This document shows, one piece after another, positions 8,088 through 15,453 of a stretch of 32,000 bases of DNA. Every line of letters begins with the position of its first letter. Position 1 is the first letter of the stretch. The notes below the pieces were generated by a model that searched no databases, was not told the DNA's origin, and saw only the letters and a list, made by a program, of their open reading frames with translations. The translations under genes and the position numbers were made by a program. The stretch comes from Erysipelotrichaceae bacterium (GTDB lineage: Bacteria; Bacillota_I; Bacilli_A; Erysipelotrichales; Erysipelotrichaceae): assembly GCA_030604855.1 (NCBI GenBank), contig JAUVVC010000001.1, positions 30,001 to 62,000 of the forward strand, read 5' to 3'.

Positions 8088-9416
8088 ATGCTAAAGCTTG
8101 ATGAACTTCTTGAATTGTTAAGCATCAAAAGTGTGTATGATGAAGCGACGGTGACTGACGTTGAACCCTATGGGAAAGGCGTTGCCCAAGCCCTCGCATT
8201 CATGCGAGAACTGGCTTTGAAAAACAAGCTTGAAGTCAAGGAATACGAGGGACACGCGATCGCAATCTGCTTGGGGGACCAAGAAGAGCGTATTGATGTG
8301 GTCTCCCATCTGGATGTCGTATCCGCGGAGGATTGGGATGAAGATCCCTTCACACCACGGATCGTCAATGGTGAGATCATCGCACGTGGAACTCAGGACA
8401 TGAAAAGTGCAGCGTATCTGACGCTCAAGGCCTTGATTGAAATCAAAAAGAAGAAGATTCCACTACAACGTCAGCTTCGTATCGTGTTGGGTACGGATGA
8501 AGAGCGCACCATGGAAGACATGGTTCATTATGTCAAACAAGCTGGTCAACCGAAGTTTGCCTTTACCCCAGACGGGGCTTTCCCTCTTTCAATTGGAGAG
8601 AAAGGGGCACTCATGTGGCACATCAAAACTCAGATTGAAAGCCCGGTTCTTGAAATGAGGGGCGGAACACAATGCAATGTGATCGCACCCCATTGCACCT
8701 TCACTTTACCGCATGCCTTCAAAGGTTTGATTCACCAAACAACGGAAGCTCTTGACTTTGAAGTGAAGTGCGAAGAAGACCAGGAGCTTCTCCATTATAC
8801 CTTCACAGGCATTGCAGGTCATGCCTCACGTCCAGAAAGTGGACACAATGCGATTGTGGATGCCCTTCAAGTCTTAGCGCTCTGTTTCCCTAAAACAGCC
8901 TTTAAGAAGCTTTATGAGACCTTCGAAAGTCCTTATGCGAGAGGGACAACACTTGCTTATAATATTGAACCGATGGGACCTTTGACGCTCAATCTGGGTA
9001 TCTGTTCACTCCGAAATGGAGTTTTTGAGGCGGACGTGGATTGTCGCTACCCGTATGGGGTCACATCGGATGTTTTGACACAACACTTGACACAAGCATT
9101 ACCGGGTTTTGAGGTCAGCTTACCCTACGATGCCATTCCCATCTTGAATGACATCCAATCACCCTTTATTCAAACTTGTTTGAAGCATTATCGCGCAAAC
9201 TTCATTGATGATCGAGAACCCTTCATATCCGGAGGTGTGACGTATGCCAAGATCATTCAGCCTTGCATCGCCTTTGGACCGCTCTTACCGGGTCGGATCA
9301 GCTTGGCCCATCAGAAGAACGAATCGATTGCCATTGAAGATCTTGAACTTTTGTATCCCTTTTATCGGGATATCCTAATAAAACTTGCCAATTGTGAGGA
9401 GAACCAACATGCCTAA
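8088..9416 (+). CDS. M20 family metallo-hydrolase, PepV/Sapep-like dipeptidase
   Basis: ATG 8088 follows AAGGAG. The motifs SHLDVV, ARGTQDMKSA and LGTDEE match the metal-ligand and catalytic blocks of M20A dipeptidases. Confidence 0.8.
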   Translation: MLKLDELLELLSIKSVYDEATVTDVEPYGKGVAQALAFMRELALKNKLEVKEYEGHAIAICLGDQEERIDVVSHLDVVSAEDWDEDPFTPRIVNGEIIARGTQDMKSAAYLTLKALIEIKKKKIPLQRQLRIVLGTDEERTMEDMVHYVKQAGQPKFAFTPDGAFPLSIGEKGALMWHIKTQIESPVLEMRGGTQCNVIAPHCTFTLPHAFKGLIHQTTEALDFEVKCEEDQELLHYTFTGIAGHASRPESGHNAIVDALQVLALCFPKTAFKKLYETFESPYARGTTLAYNIEPMGPLTLNLGICSLRNGVFEADVDCRYPYGVTSDVLTQHLTQALPGFEVSLPYDAIPILNDIQSPFIQTCLKHYRANFIDDREPFISGGVTYAKIIQPCIAFGPLLPGRISLAHQKNESIAIEDLELLYPFYRDILIKLANCEENQHA

Positions 9417-10248
9417 AACCATCGTTTTTCAATCGGATTTCACCTACAAAGAAGGAGCTGTGGCAGCTATGTATGGGGTGGTCAAACAAGTCGATCCCAA
9501 CTTGGAGATCATCGATCTGACCCATGAGATTCCCAAGTTCGATATTTGGTCTGCTTCATTCAGACTGCACCAGGTTGTGCCTTTCTGGCCCAAAGGAACG
9601 GTCTTTGTCAGTGTCGTCGACCCAGGCGTGGGGACTTTCCGCAAAGCCTGTGTCGCAAAAACCAAGAGTGGTCAATGGGTTGTAACACCTGATAATAAGA
9701 CCTTGACGCATATTGCCAAATTCATTGGACTTGAAGAAGTTCGTGAGATTCCAGCCCATCTTCGTTTCGCATCGCCGTATAAGACGGCCGTCTTTCATGG
9801 TCGTGATGTCTTTGGTTATGTCGGTGCACTGCTTGCGAGTGGTCAAAAGAAGTTCGAAGAAATCGGTGAAGTTTACACGGATTATCAAACTTATGACTTG
9901 GAAGAACCACGAATTGAAGGGGATAAGCTTGTTGGCATCGTAGAGATCTTGGACCCTAATTTTGGAAATGCCTGGACCAATATTCCCATCACCTGGGCGA
10001 AGCAAGTTGGGATTGAGTTCAATGATCTGGTAGAAATCGATATCTATGAGAAAGAACGTTTAGCTTTACAGTTAATCGTCCCTTATAAAGCAACATTTGG
10101 GGGTGTGCATGTGAATGAAGCGGTGATGTATGCGAATGAATTGGAGTGTTTGGCACTTGCCATCAATCAGAATTCATTCATCAACACCTATCACATCCAT
10201 CAAGGTCCAGACTGGTGCATCTGCATCAAGAAGGCAAGTTATGTCTAA
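9409..10248 (+). CDS. S-adenosyl-L-methionine hydroxide adenosyltransferase (DUF62, fluorinase/chlorinase superfamily), paralog 1
   Basis: ATG 9409 follows GAGGAG and overlaps the M20 gene by 8 nt. The protein has FQSDFTYKEGAVAAM, VSVVDPGVGTFR and FHGRD, so the Asp71/Arg78/His130 triad is present. Confidence 0.85.
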   Translation: MPKTIVFQSDFTYKEGAVAAMYGVVKQVDPNLEIIDLTHEIPKFDIWSASFRLHQVVPFWPKGTVFVSVVDPGVGTFRKACVAKTKSGQWVVTPDNKTLTHIAKFIGLEEVREIPAHLRFASPYKTAVFHGRDVFGYVGALLASGQKKFEEIGEVYTDYQTYDLEEPRIEGDKLVGIVEILDPNFGNAWTNIPITWAKQVGIEFNDLVEIDIYEKERLALQLIVPYKATFGGVHVNEAVMYANELECLALAINQNSFINTYHIHQGPDWCICIKKASYV

Positions 10249-11086
10249 GATCTTAGTCCTGCAATCAGACTTTGGAATCGTGGATGGGGCTGTGAGTGCG
10301 ATGATTGGGGTTGCCTTAAGTGTCGATGATTCCTTGAAGATTTTTGACTTGAGTCACTCGATTTCACCTTTCAATATTCATGAAGCATCCTATCGTTTAC
10401 TCCAATCCTTGCAATACTGGCCAGAAGGTTCGGTGTTTGTGAGTGTCGTAGACCCAGGGGTAGGATCGAAACGCAATTCAGTTGTGGTTCGTACACGTGA
10501 GAATCATATTGTAGTGACCCCAAACAATGGGACACTCTCGCATTTGAAGAAGTTTATCGGTATTGAAGAAGTCTTTGAAGTGGATGTGGCGAAACATCGT
10601 CGCAAAGGTGCCAGCAATCAATCGTATACCTTTGATGGTCGTGATTTATATGCCTATATCGGTGCACGTTTGGCTTGTGGGCAACTATCCTTAAATGACG
10701 TAGGACCAAAACTGAGTGAAGATCAAATCATATCCTTTGAACTTCCCGAATCGCTTGTCGAAAATGATTCTGTCAAAGGAAGTGTGGAGATTTATGATGA
10801 GCGTTTCGGTAGTTTATGGACGAGCATCTTGGTAGAGGATTTCAATCAATTAGACCCAAAGTATGGTGATCGTTTCAAAGTCGAAATCAAACATGAAGGC
10901 ATCTCATACCTTGATGAGTCTGTTCTATATGGCCGTGCTTTCAATGATGTGCATGTGCATGATTTGATTCTCTATGTGAATTCATTGAATCGCGTTGCTT
11001 TGGCCTTGAATCAAGATTCTTTGGTCAAGAAGTATGGAATTGGTTTAGGACTGGATTGGACCATAAGCATCACACCCATTCGTTAA
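10241..11086 (+). CDS. SAM hydroxide adenosyltransferase family (DUF62), paralog 2 with altered triad
   Basis: ATG 10241 overlaps the stop of paralog 1 (ATGTCTAA). The protein has LQSDFGIVDGAVSAM and VSVVDPGVGSKR, but FDGRD replaces FHGRD, so the triad His is Asp132. Confidence 0.8.
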   Translation: MSKILVLQSDFGIVDGAVSAMIGVALSVDDSLKIFDLSHSISPFNIHEASYRLLQSLQYWPEGSVFVSVVDPGVGSKRNSVVVRTRENHIVVTPNNGTLSHLKKFIGIEEVFEVDVAKHRRKGASNQSYTFDGRDLYAYIGARLACGQLSLNDVGPKLSEDQIISFELPESLVENDSVKGSVEIYDERFGSLWTSILVEDFNQLDPKYGDRFKVEIKHEGISYLDESVLYGRAFNDVHVHDLILYVNSLNRVALALNQDSLVKKYGIGLGLDWTISITPIR

Positions 11087-11098
11087 GGATGGGTTTTT
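11074..11098 (+). terminator. Rho-independent terminator closing the T-box operon
   Basis: ACCCAT-tcgttaagg-ATGGGT followed by TTTTT. The hairpin spans the stop codon of paralog 2. Confidence 0.7.
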
Positions 11099-11167
11099 AA
11101 TGTGTCATGAACACTGAAATGAATGAATTGTGCTATGCTTTAAAAAACATGATGTGAAGGGAGCATA

Positions 11168-11842
11168 ATGGAAACAGTAGAAAGCATACTGAACACATTG
11201 AAACCGTTCGTCAATGAGACAAGTAAAAAAGTCTATTTCAAGCAAGGCATTCAAGAAGAAGTGTTGGGCATCAAGATGGGCGATTTGCGCAAATTGGCAA
11301 AGCGGATTGGGATGAATACTAAACTGGCTTGGGATCTCTGGAATATGAAGATCTATGAACTTCGCATTCTTGCCTTAAGTATCTTTGATGGGAAAACCCT
11401 AAGTGAAAGCGAACTCTTAAACCTGATAACTTCAACCGATACGAAGTATCTGATTGATGAATATGCATTTTCCCTCGATGCTCAGCGCAGCGATCAATTG
11501 GAACGCATGGAAACTTGGTTCAAACATGATGATCCACGTGTACGACAGACTGCTTGGAATCTTGCGATTGTGTTGAATAATTCCAATCGATTATCCTTTG
11601 AACAACGCGAAGCTTTAGTAGAACGTATTGAACAGGAACTCCTTGATCAAGAACCCAACACTCAATACACGATGAATCGCTTGTTATGTGAGATTGGCAT
11701 CCGCTACGATGATTTAACCGATCGATGCATTGTAATTGGGGAGAAACTTGGCTTGTATCGTGAGATGAAGGTTGCCAAGGGATGTGTATCCCTCTATGCT
11801 CCGGCATGGATCGAAGCGGGACGACGCAACCGCAAACGTTGA
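11168..11842 (+). CDS. DNA alkylation repair-like HEAT-repeat protein
   Basis: 224-aa helical-repeat protein. GIKMGDLRKLAKRIG and the C-terminal KGCVSLYAPAWI resemble proteins annotated as DNA alkylation repair enzymes. The assignment is from memory. Confidence 0.5.
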   Translation: METVESILNTLKPFVNETSKKVYFKQGIQEEVLGIKMGDLRKLAKRIGMNTKLAWDLWNMKIYELRILALSIFDGKTLSESELLNLITSTDTKYLIDEYAFSLDAQRSDQLERMETWFKHDDPRVRQTAWNLAIVLNNSNRLSFEQREALVERIEQELLDQEPNTQYTMNRLLCEIGIRYDDLTDRCIVIGEKLGLYREMKVAKGCVSLYAPAWIEAGRRNRKR

Positions 11843-11906
11843 GCATATCAATAGGCTCCTTTCTTGACTTGATTTAAAATTGAGTCATGCAAAGGAGCTT
11901 TTTATT

Positions 11907-12608
11907 TTGGAAAAATATCGCTTGAGCATTGTGGACATCATTGATGAGAGTCCAAACACGAAAACCTATATCCTTGAAAAACCAGAGTCACTAACTTGGG
12001 ACGAGGGTTCGCATATTCATTTAGCCTTAGAAGATTATGATAAAGATGAAGTCCCCAATAAAGCTTTGGTTCGACACATGTCGATTATGAGTAATTGGGA
12101 TGAAAACAAATTGGCGTTCACCACACGCTTTGTAGAACCCCATTCACCTTTTAAAGAAGGTTTGGCGCATTTGACGAAAGGGGATCATCTGAAAGTCTTC
12201 AAGGTCAATTCACGCATGACACTCAGACGTGAGAATCGGCCGCTGGTATTGATTTCCATGGGGGTTGGTTTGGCAACCATGCGTCCCTTGATTCATCGTT
12301 TCCATCAAGATTCCACCAGCATTCCGATGTTGGTGAATCTAAATGTGGATGCCAATGAAAAAGCCCTATATCAAGATGAATTAGAAGGCTTACGAAATGG
12401 TCGACTTCAATTGCATTGGTGTAAATCGCGCTTGGAGCTGTTTAATGCGTTAGAGTGCTTGAATATCGAGAATCCAATTTACTATGTGGTTGGTAGTGAT
12501 CTCTTCCTAAGAACCATTCTTAAGCGTTTGAAGGCGAAAGGTGTATCGAAGGATGCCATTGTGATCGATAAGAAGTCACACATGTTAGATCTCTATTATG
12601 AATTCTAA
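11907..12608 (+). CDS. Ferredoxin-NADP reductase-like FAD/NAD(P)-binding oxidoreductase
   Basis: R-x-(Y)-S-like RHMS flavin motif, GDHLKV, and the MGVGLATMRP nucleotide-binding loop. TTG 11907 lies 9 nt after AAAGGAG and is preferred over the TTG at 11880 given in the ORF track. Confidence 0.6.
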   Translation: MEKYRLSIVDIIDESPNTKTYILEKPESLTWDEGSHIHLALEDYDKDEVPNKALVRHMSIMSNWDENKLAFTTRFVEPHSPFKEGLAHLTKGDHLKVFKVNSRMTLRRENRPLVLISMGVGLATMRPLIHRFHQDSTSIPMLVNLNVDANEKALYQDELEGLRNGRLQLHWCKSRLELFNALECLNIENPIYYVVGSDLFLRTILKRLKAKGVSKDAIVIDKKSHMLDLYYEF

Positions 12609-12637
12609 AAAAAATACCGGTTGTTTCCGGTATTTTC
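12606..12637. terminator. Bidirectional terminator between the reductase and ferritin genes
   Basis: AAAAAAAATACCGG-ttgttt-CCGGTATTTTCT: a perfect 8-bp stem flanked by an A-run and a T-run. Confidence 0.8.
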
Positions 12638-12647
12638 TATGTTTTGA

Positions 12648-13127
12648 TTAACGATTTCCTAGACGGTCATCCATCATCATGATGCCGATTGGTGTTGGGA
12701 CCTTTTCTAAGCGCGTGATGATATCGACCAAAGTGGCTTCTTCTTCAACTTGCTCATCGATGAACCAATTGTAGAGGTTTGCCATTGGATAGTTCTTTTC
12801 AGCTAATGCTGCTTCATATAAAGCGTTGATGCGGGCTGTGACTTTCTTTTCATGTTCGAGTGAAAGTTTGAAGAGATCCATGAAACCTGGGAAATCCGTT
12901 GGAACAGCTGCAATTGGCTTCAAGAGAACGCGTTCATTGACTTCTTGTAAGAAATGCATCATCTTCTTACCGTGGCTGATTTCTTCTTCAGCTTGTTTAT
13001 CCATCCATTTAGCGGTACCAGGATAACCATTGTCGGCAGCCCAAGTGGACATGGATAGGTAGAGGTAGCTGCTTTCAAATTCAAAATTAATTTGATCTAA
13101 AGCTTGTTCGAGTAATTCTTTTTTCAT
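12648..13127 (-). CDS. Non-heme bacterial ferritin
   Basis: LDQINFEFESSYLYLSMSTW and AEEEISHGKK carry the ferroxidase-centre E/ExxH residues of Ftn-type ferritins. SD AAGGAGA precedes the start. Confidence 0.9.
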   Translation of the reverse strand: MKKELLEQALDQINFEFESSYLYLSMSTWAADNGYPGTAKWMDKQAEEEISHGKKMMHFLQEVNERVLLKPIAAVPTDFPGFMDLFKLSLEHEKKVTARINALYEAALAEKNYPMANLYNWFIDEQVEEEATLVDIITRLEKVPTPIGIMMMDDRLGNR

Positions 13128-13244
13128 TATGTTTGTATTCTCCTTATGTTTGTATTATACCAAATTCCTTTAATAGAAACTTATGCAATGACTAGAAAAC
13201 GAGAATGACTTGCAAAAAGATTTCAATTTAGGGATACTTGAGAC

Positions 13245-14420
13245 ATGAACTTTTCCACATCGACTAAAACACGCATTCTTTTAAGCATCATTTACTTAGG
13301 CTTCATCAGTTTAGGCTTACCCGATGGGGCTTTAGGGATTGGTTGGCCACTCATGCGCTTGGACTTTGGTGTACCCATTCATTATGCGGGTTTCATTCTA
13401 TTCATTACACTTCCTTTATCGGCCTTATCAAGTTTGATGAGTGCGCATTTAGGTGAGAAATATGGTGTTGGTAAGCTTGCGTTTGCGAGTGCTTTATTGA
13501 CCTCTTCTTCATTGTTAGGCATCTCTACCGTTACGTCCTATTGGGGTTTGATTCTGTTTAGTGTTGGTTTGGGTATTGGTCAAGGAGCGGTTGATGCACT
13601 CTTGAATGCCTATGTGGCGAAGCACTATAATGCACGTCACATGTCATGGTTACACGGTTGTTGGGCGGTAGGGGCAACGATCGGTCCTGCACTCATGACG
13701 CGTGTCATCAGCACCTCAGGGGCTTGGTCGATGGGGTATTTGAGTTTAGGGAGTGCTCAGTTCGTAATTGCGCTCATCCTCTTATTTAGTCTTGGCTTTT
13801 GGCTTCATGATGATCATGAAACACGAAACAAGCCAAAAACACGAAGTGCGTTTGATTCAAGAATGTTGTTTGGAATGGCATTGTTCTTCCTTTATGTGGG
13901 GGCAGAGTTGAGCATTGGTTTATGGTCGAACAGTTATTTGATTGAAAAGATGGGTTTAGCTGCGAGTGTATCCGGTTATTTGGTTGCCTTATACTATGGA
14001 TCCATCATGGTGGGACGTTTCTTGTCTGGTTTTGTGGCGGTACACTTGGGTAATCGTGGCTTGATTCGATTGGGTTTGATGATCGTTTCTGGGGGTTTAA
14101 TCATGATGTTTGTTGCGGAGGATGTCATGTTTCTTCGTTTGGGTATGATTTTAATGGGCTTAGGCTTAGCACCGTTATACCCAGCGATGATGCATGAAAC
14201 ACCTCGTCGCTTTAAGGAGGACTTGGCCACACGTTTGATTGGTTATCAGGTAGGCATTGCGTATGGGGGAGGGATGATCATTACGGCGGGCTTAGGTTTC
14301 TTGTTTAATGTATTTGATCTATCCATCTTTTATCCTTTGGTTTTAGTTGTGATTGTCTTGATGATCATTCTGTCAGAACTCTATAACATCAAGACACCAT
14401 CGATTGGTAAAGGTCACTAA
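13245..14420 (+). CDS. MFS transporter
   Basis: 391-aa protein with about 12 TM segments and an MFS-like loop GEKYGVGK. There is no recognisable SD and the ATG sits 6 nt after a candidate -10, so the mRNA may be leaderless. Confidence 0.75.
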   Translation: MNFSTSTKTRILLSIIYLGFISLGLPDGALGIGWPLMRLDFGVPIHYAGFILFITLPLSALSSLMSAHLGEKYGVGKLAFASALLTSSSLLGISTVTSYWGLILFSVGLGIGQGAVDALLNAYVAKHYNARHMSWLHGCWAVGATIGPALMTRVISTSGAWSMGYLSLGSAQFVIALILLFSLGFWLHDDHETRNKPKTRSAFDSRMLFGMALFFLYVGAELSIGLWSNSYLIEKMGLAASVSGYLVALYYGSIMVGRFLSGFVAVHLGNRGLIRLGLMIVSGGLIMMFVAEDVMFLRLGMILMGLGLAPLYPAMMHETPRRFKEDLATRLIGYQVGIAYGGGMIITAGLGFLFNVFDLSIFYPLVLVVIVLMIILSELYNIKTPSIGKGH

Positions 14421-14463
14421 TAGTCCATTATCGGTTAATTCGAAATTGAATATTTCGAGATGA

Positions 14464-14482
14464 TGTAATACAATGTATTACA
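14464..14482. promoter_or_regulatory. Perfect palindrome, candidate RelB operator overlapping the TA promoter
   Basis: TGTAATACA-a-TGTATTACA: 9-nt arms, located 13 nt upstream of the antitoxin ATG and containing a TACAAT -10-like hexamer. Confidence 0.5.
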
Positions 14483-14494
14483 GAGGTGAGCGAT

Positions 14495-14713
14495 ATGAGT
14501 ATCAGTTTTAGAGTCAGTTCTGAAGAAGAAAAACAAATTCGTAATTATGCACAGTTTAAAGGCGTTAGTATAAGCACTTTGATAAAAGAAGCTGTTTTCG
14601 ATCAAATGGAAACGGAGCTTGATCTAATGACATTTAAAGCGATGAAAGATAATCCAAGCTCAGAGCCAAGTGTTTCTCTTGATGAGCTTAAGCGAATGTT
14701 AGATATTGAATGA
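14495..14713 (+). CDS. relB: Type II antitoxin, RelB/DinJ-like ribbon-helix-helix
   Basis: The ATG follows GAGGTG. MSISFRVSSEEEKQIRNYAQFKGVSISTLIKEAV is a typical RHH N-terminus. The gene overlaps the toxin gene by 4 nt (ATGA). Confidence 0.75.
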   Translation: MSISFRVSSEEEKQIRNYAQFKGVSISTLIKEAVFDQMETELDLMTFKAMKDNPSSEPSVSLDELKRMLDIE

Positions 14714-14955
14714 TATATACAGTTCGATTTAGTGTGGACTTTGCGAAGCAAATGAAGAAGCTCGATCCCTATCAAGCTAAATTGATTGTAGCTTGGATTG
14801 ACAAACATTTGGTCAATCAAGATCCCAGGTCTACAGGTAAAGCATTAACCGCAAACTACAAAGGGTCATGGCGATATCGTGTTGGCGATTATCGTATTCT
14901 TGCGGAAATCATTGATGATGAACTTGTTTTGCACTTGTTAATGGTCACACATTGA
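14710..14955 (+). CDS. relE: Type II toxin, RelE/StbE family (C-terminally short)
   Basis: GSWRYRVGDYRILAEIIDDELVLHLLMVTH matches the RelE/ParE-superfamily core. It ends directly after the His that normally precedes the R-x-x-x-Y tail. Confidence 0.75.
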   Translation: MIYTVRFSVDFAKQMKKLDPYQAKLIVAWIDKHLVNQDPRSTGKALTANYKGSWRYRVGDYRILAEIIDDELVLHLLMVTH

Positions 14956-14956
14956 A

Positions 14957-14984
14957 GCCAAGCCACTCGATGAGCTTGGTTTTT
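14957..14984 (+). terminator. Rho-independent terminator after the TA pair
   Basis: GCCAAGC-cactcgatga-GCTTGGT followed by TTTT. Confidence 0.7.
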
Positions 14985-15079
14985 ATATGAGCAAACGCTC
15001 ATATTAGTATTGATATTCCTGTGAAAAGTGCTATATTATATATGAATGATTGCTCAAGTGTTCATTCGTTGGAGGAAAT

Positions 15080-15442
15080 ATGACAGATAAAGAACGTATT
15101 GAAGTCTGTGATTGTGATGTCATCCACCGTGATGTGGTGGAATCTGCACAGAAACAAATGCCCCAAGATGAAAAGCTCTTTGATTTAGCAGAGTTCTTTA
15201 AGGTGTTTGGAGATTCCACACGTATTCGCATCCTTTGGGCTCTTGAAGATCGTGAGATGTGTGTTTGTGACATCGCGTATCTTTTAAACATGACCCAATC
15301 TGCAATCTCCCACCAACTCCGTTCCTTGAAACAAGTTAACTTGGTCAAGAATCGCAGGGAAGGAAAAGTTGTGTATTACTCCCTCAAAGATGAACACATT
15401 AAGCAGATCTTTGATATCGGTATGGAACACATTACCGAGTAG
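15080..15442 (+). CDS. cadC: ArsR/SmtB family metalloregulator, CadC-like
   Basis: ATG 15080 follows GGAGGAAAT. It has an N-terminal VCDCDV Cys pair and the alpha-3 EMCVCDIAYLL motif, then SAISHQLRSLK (HTH) and YYSLKDEHIKQI, closely paralleling pI258 CadC as I recall it. Confidence 0.8.
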   Translation: MTDKERIEVCDCDVIHRDVVESAQKQMPQDEKLFDLAEFFKVFGDSTRIRILWALEDREMCVCDIAYLLNMTQSAISHQLRSLKQVNLVKNRREGKVVYYSLKDEHIKQIFDIGMEHITE

Positions 15443-15453
15443 AAAGCATCACT

